Positions 63,815 through 64,000 of a stretch of 64,000 nt of DNA are shown one piece after another; position 1 is the stretch's first letter, and every line of letters begins with the position of its first letter. A program made the position numbers and the translations under genes. The stretch lies in the IMG/VR virus record IMGVR_UViG_3300028920_000022, positions 1 to 64,000 of that record; one strand, written 5' to 3'. The notes beneath the pieces were generated by a model. That model saw only the letters and a list, made by a program, of their open reading frames with translations, ran no database searches and was not told where the DNA came from.

Positions 63815-63898
63815 CAAAAGGTTTAGATAGGGGTAGTATTCTCAACATCAAGTGACGGAAGTCACAGAAAGACACAACAAACAGGAGATTATCGAATT

Positions 63899-64000
63899 AT
63901 GGCACAGGTGAAGATTTTCAATCAGAGTTTCGTGAAGTTGGCTCGTTCGCGAGCTGAGCAGCTGATCGACGGTGGTGAGCGTGGCAGTGTGACTCGTCCG
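63899..64000 (+). CDS. hypothetical protein (partial)
   Basis: AGGAG SD, MAQVKIFNQSF, open to window edge. Confidence 0.55.
   Translation, partial: MAQVKIFNQSFVKLARSRAEQLIDGGERGSVTRP

Larger units (their letters stand above)
49454..63839 (+). promoter_or_regulatory. series of more than 20 sigma70-type promoters (TTGACA-17-TAtAat), nearly one per gene
   Basis: e.g. 54957-54985, 56766-56794, 59369-59397, 59676-59704, 60380-60408, 61216-61244, 63072-63100. Confidence 0.85.

Noticed and set aside
1-64000. Alternative genetic code (stop reassignment) as the cause of short ORFs
   Set aside because: Known enzymes are full length in code 11; TAA, TAG and TGA all follow the same C-terminal motif; no suppressor tRNA.

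Overview
This window looks like a fragment of a large (jumbo-type) bacteriophage genome using the standard genetic code. It has two divergent arms meeting at a repeat-rich non-coding junction (~48.6-49.5 kb). The left arm (mostly minus strand, AT-rich) holds about 100 small, translationally coupled (ATGA-overlap) genes whose products share a C-terminal C-x-[DE]-x-x-I-[RK]-[ED]-I-I-[EKT] tail, most also with an H...CxxC...C zinc scaffold around a hypervariable core (called 'ZnF-IIE family' below). It also holds nine tRNA genes behind an apparent leader-peptide attenuator, and a tRNA/translation/NAD maintenance set (Thg1, PNKP, PTH2, RlmN-like radical SAM, nucleotidyltransferase, methyltransferase, NadD). 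Other left-arm genes are a partial ADP-ribosyltransferase-like gene missed by the ORF track, Ig-like and LRR surface proteins and a vWA protein. The right arm (plus strand, higher GC) is an early-gene-like region of monocistronic cassettes. Each has a sigma70 promoter whose TTGACA often contains the previous gene's TGA stop, and many give leaderless mRNAs. Several promoter-driven structured non-coding RNAs sit among them. All product calls come from motifs read by eye; no searches were run. Many starts were corrected from the ORF track to the ATGA-coupled or promoter-proximal ATG.
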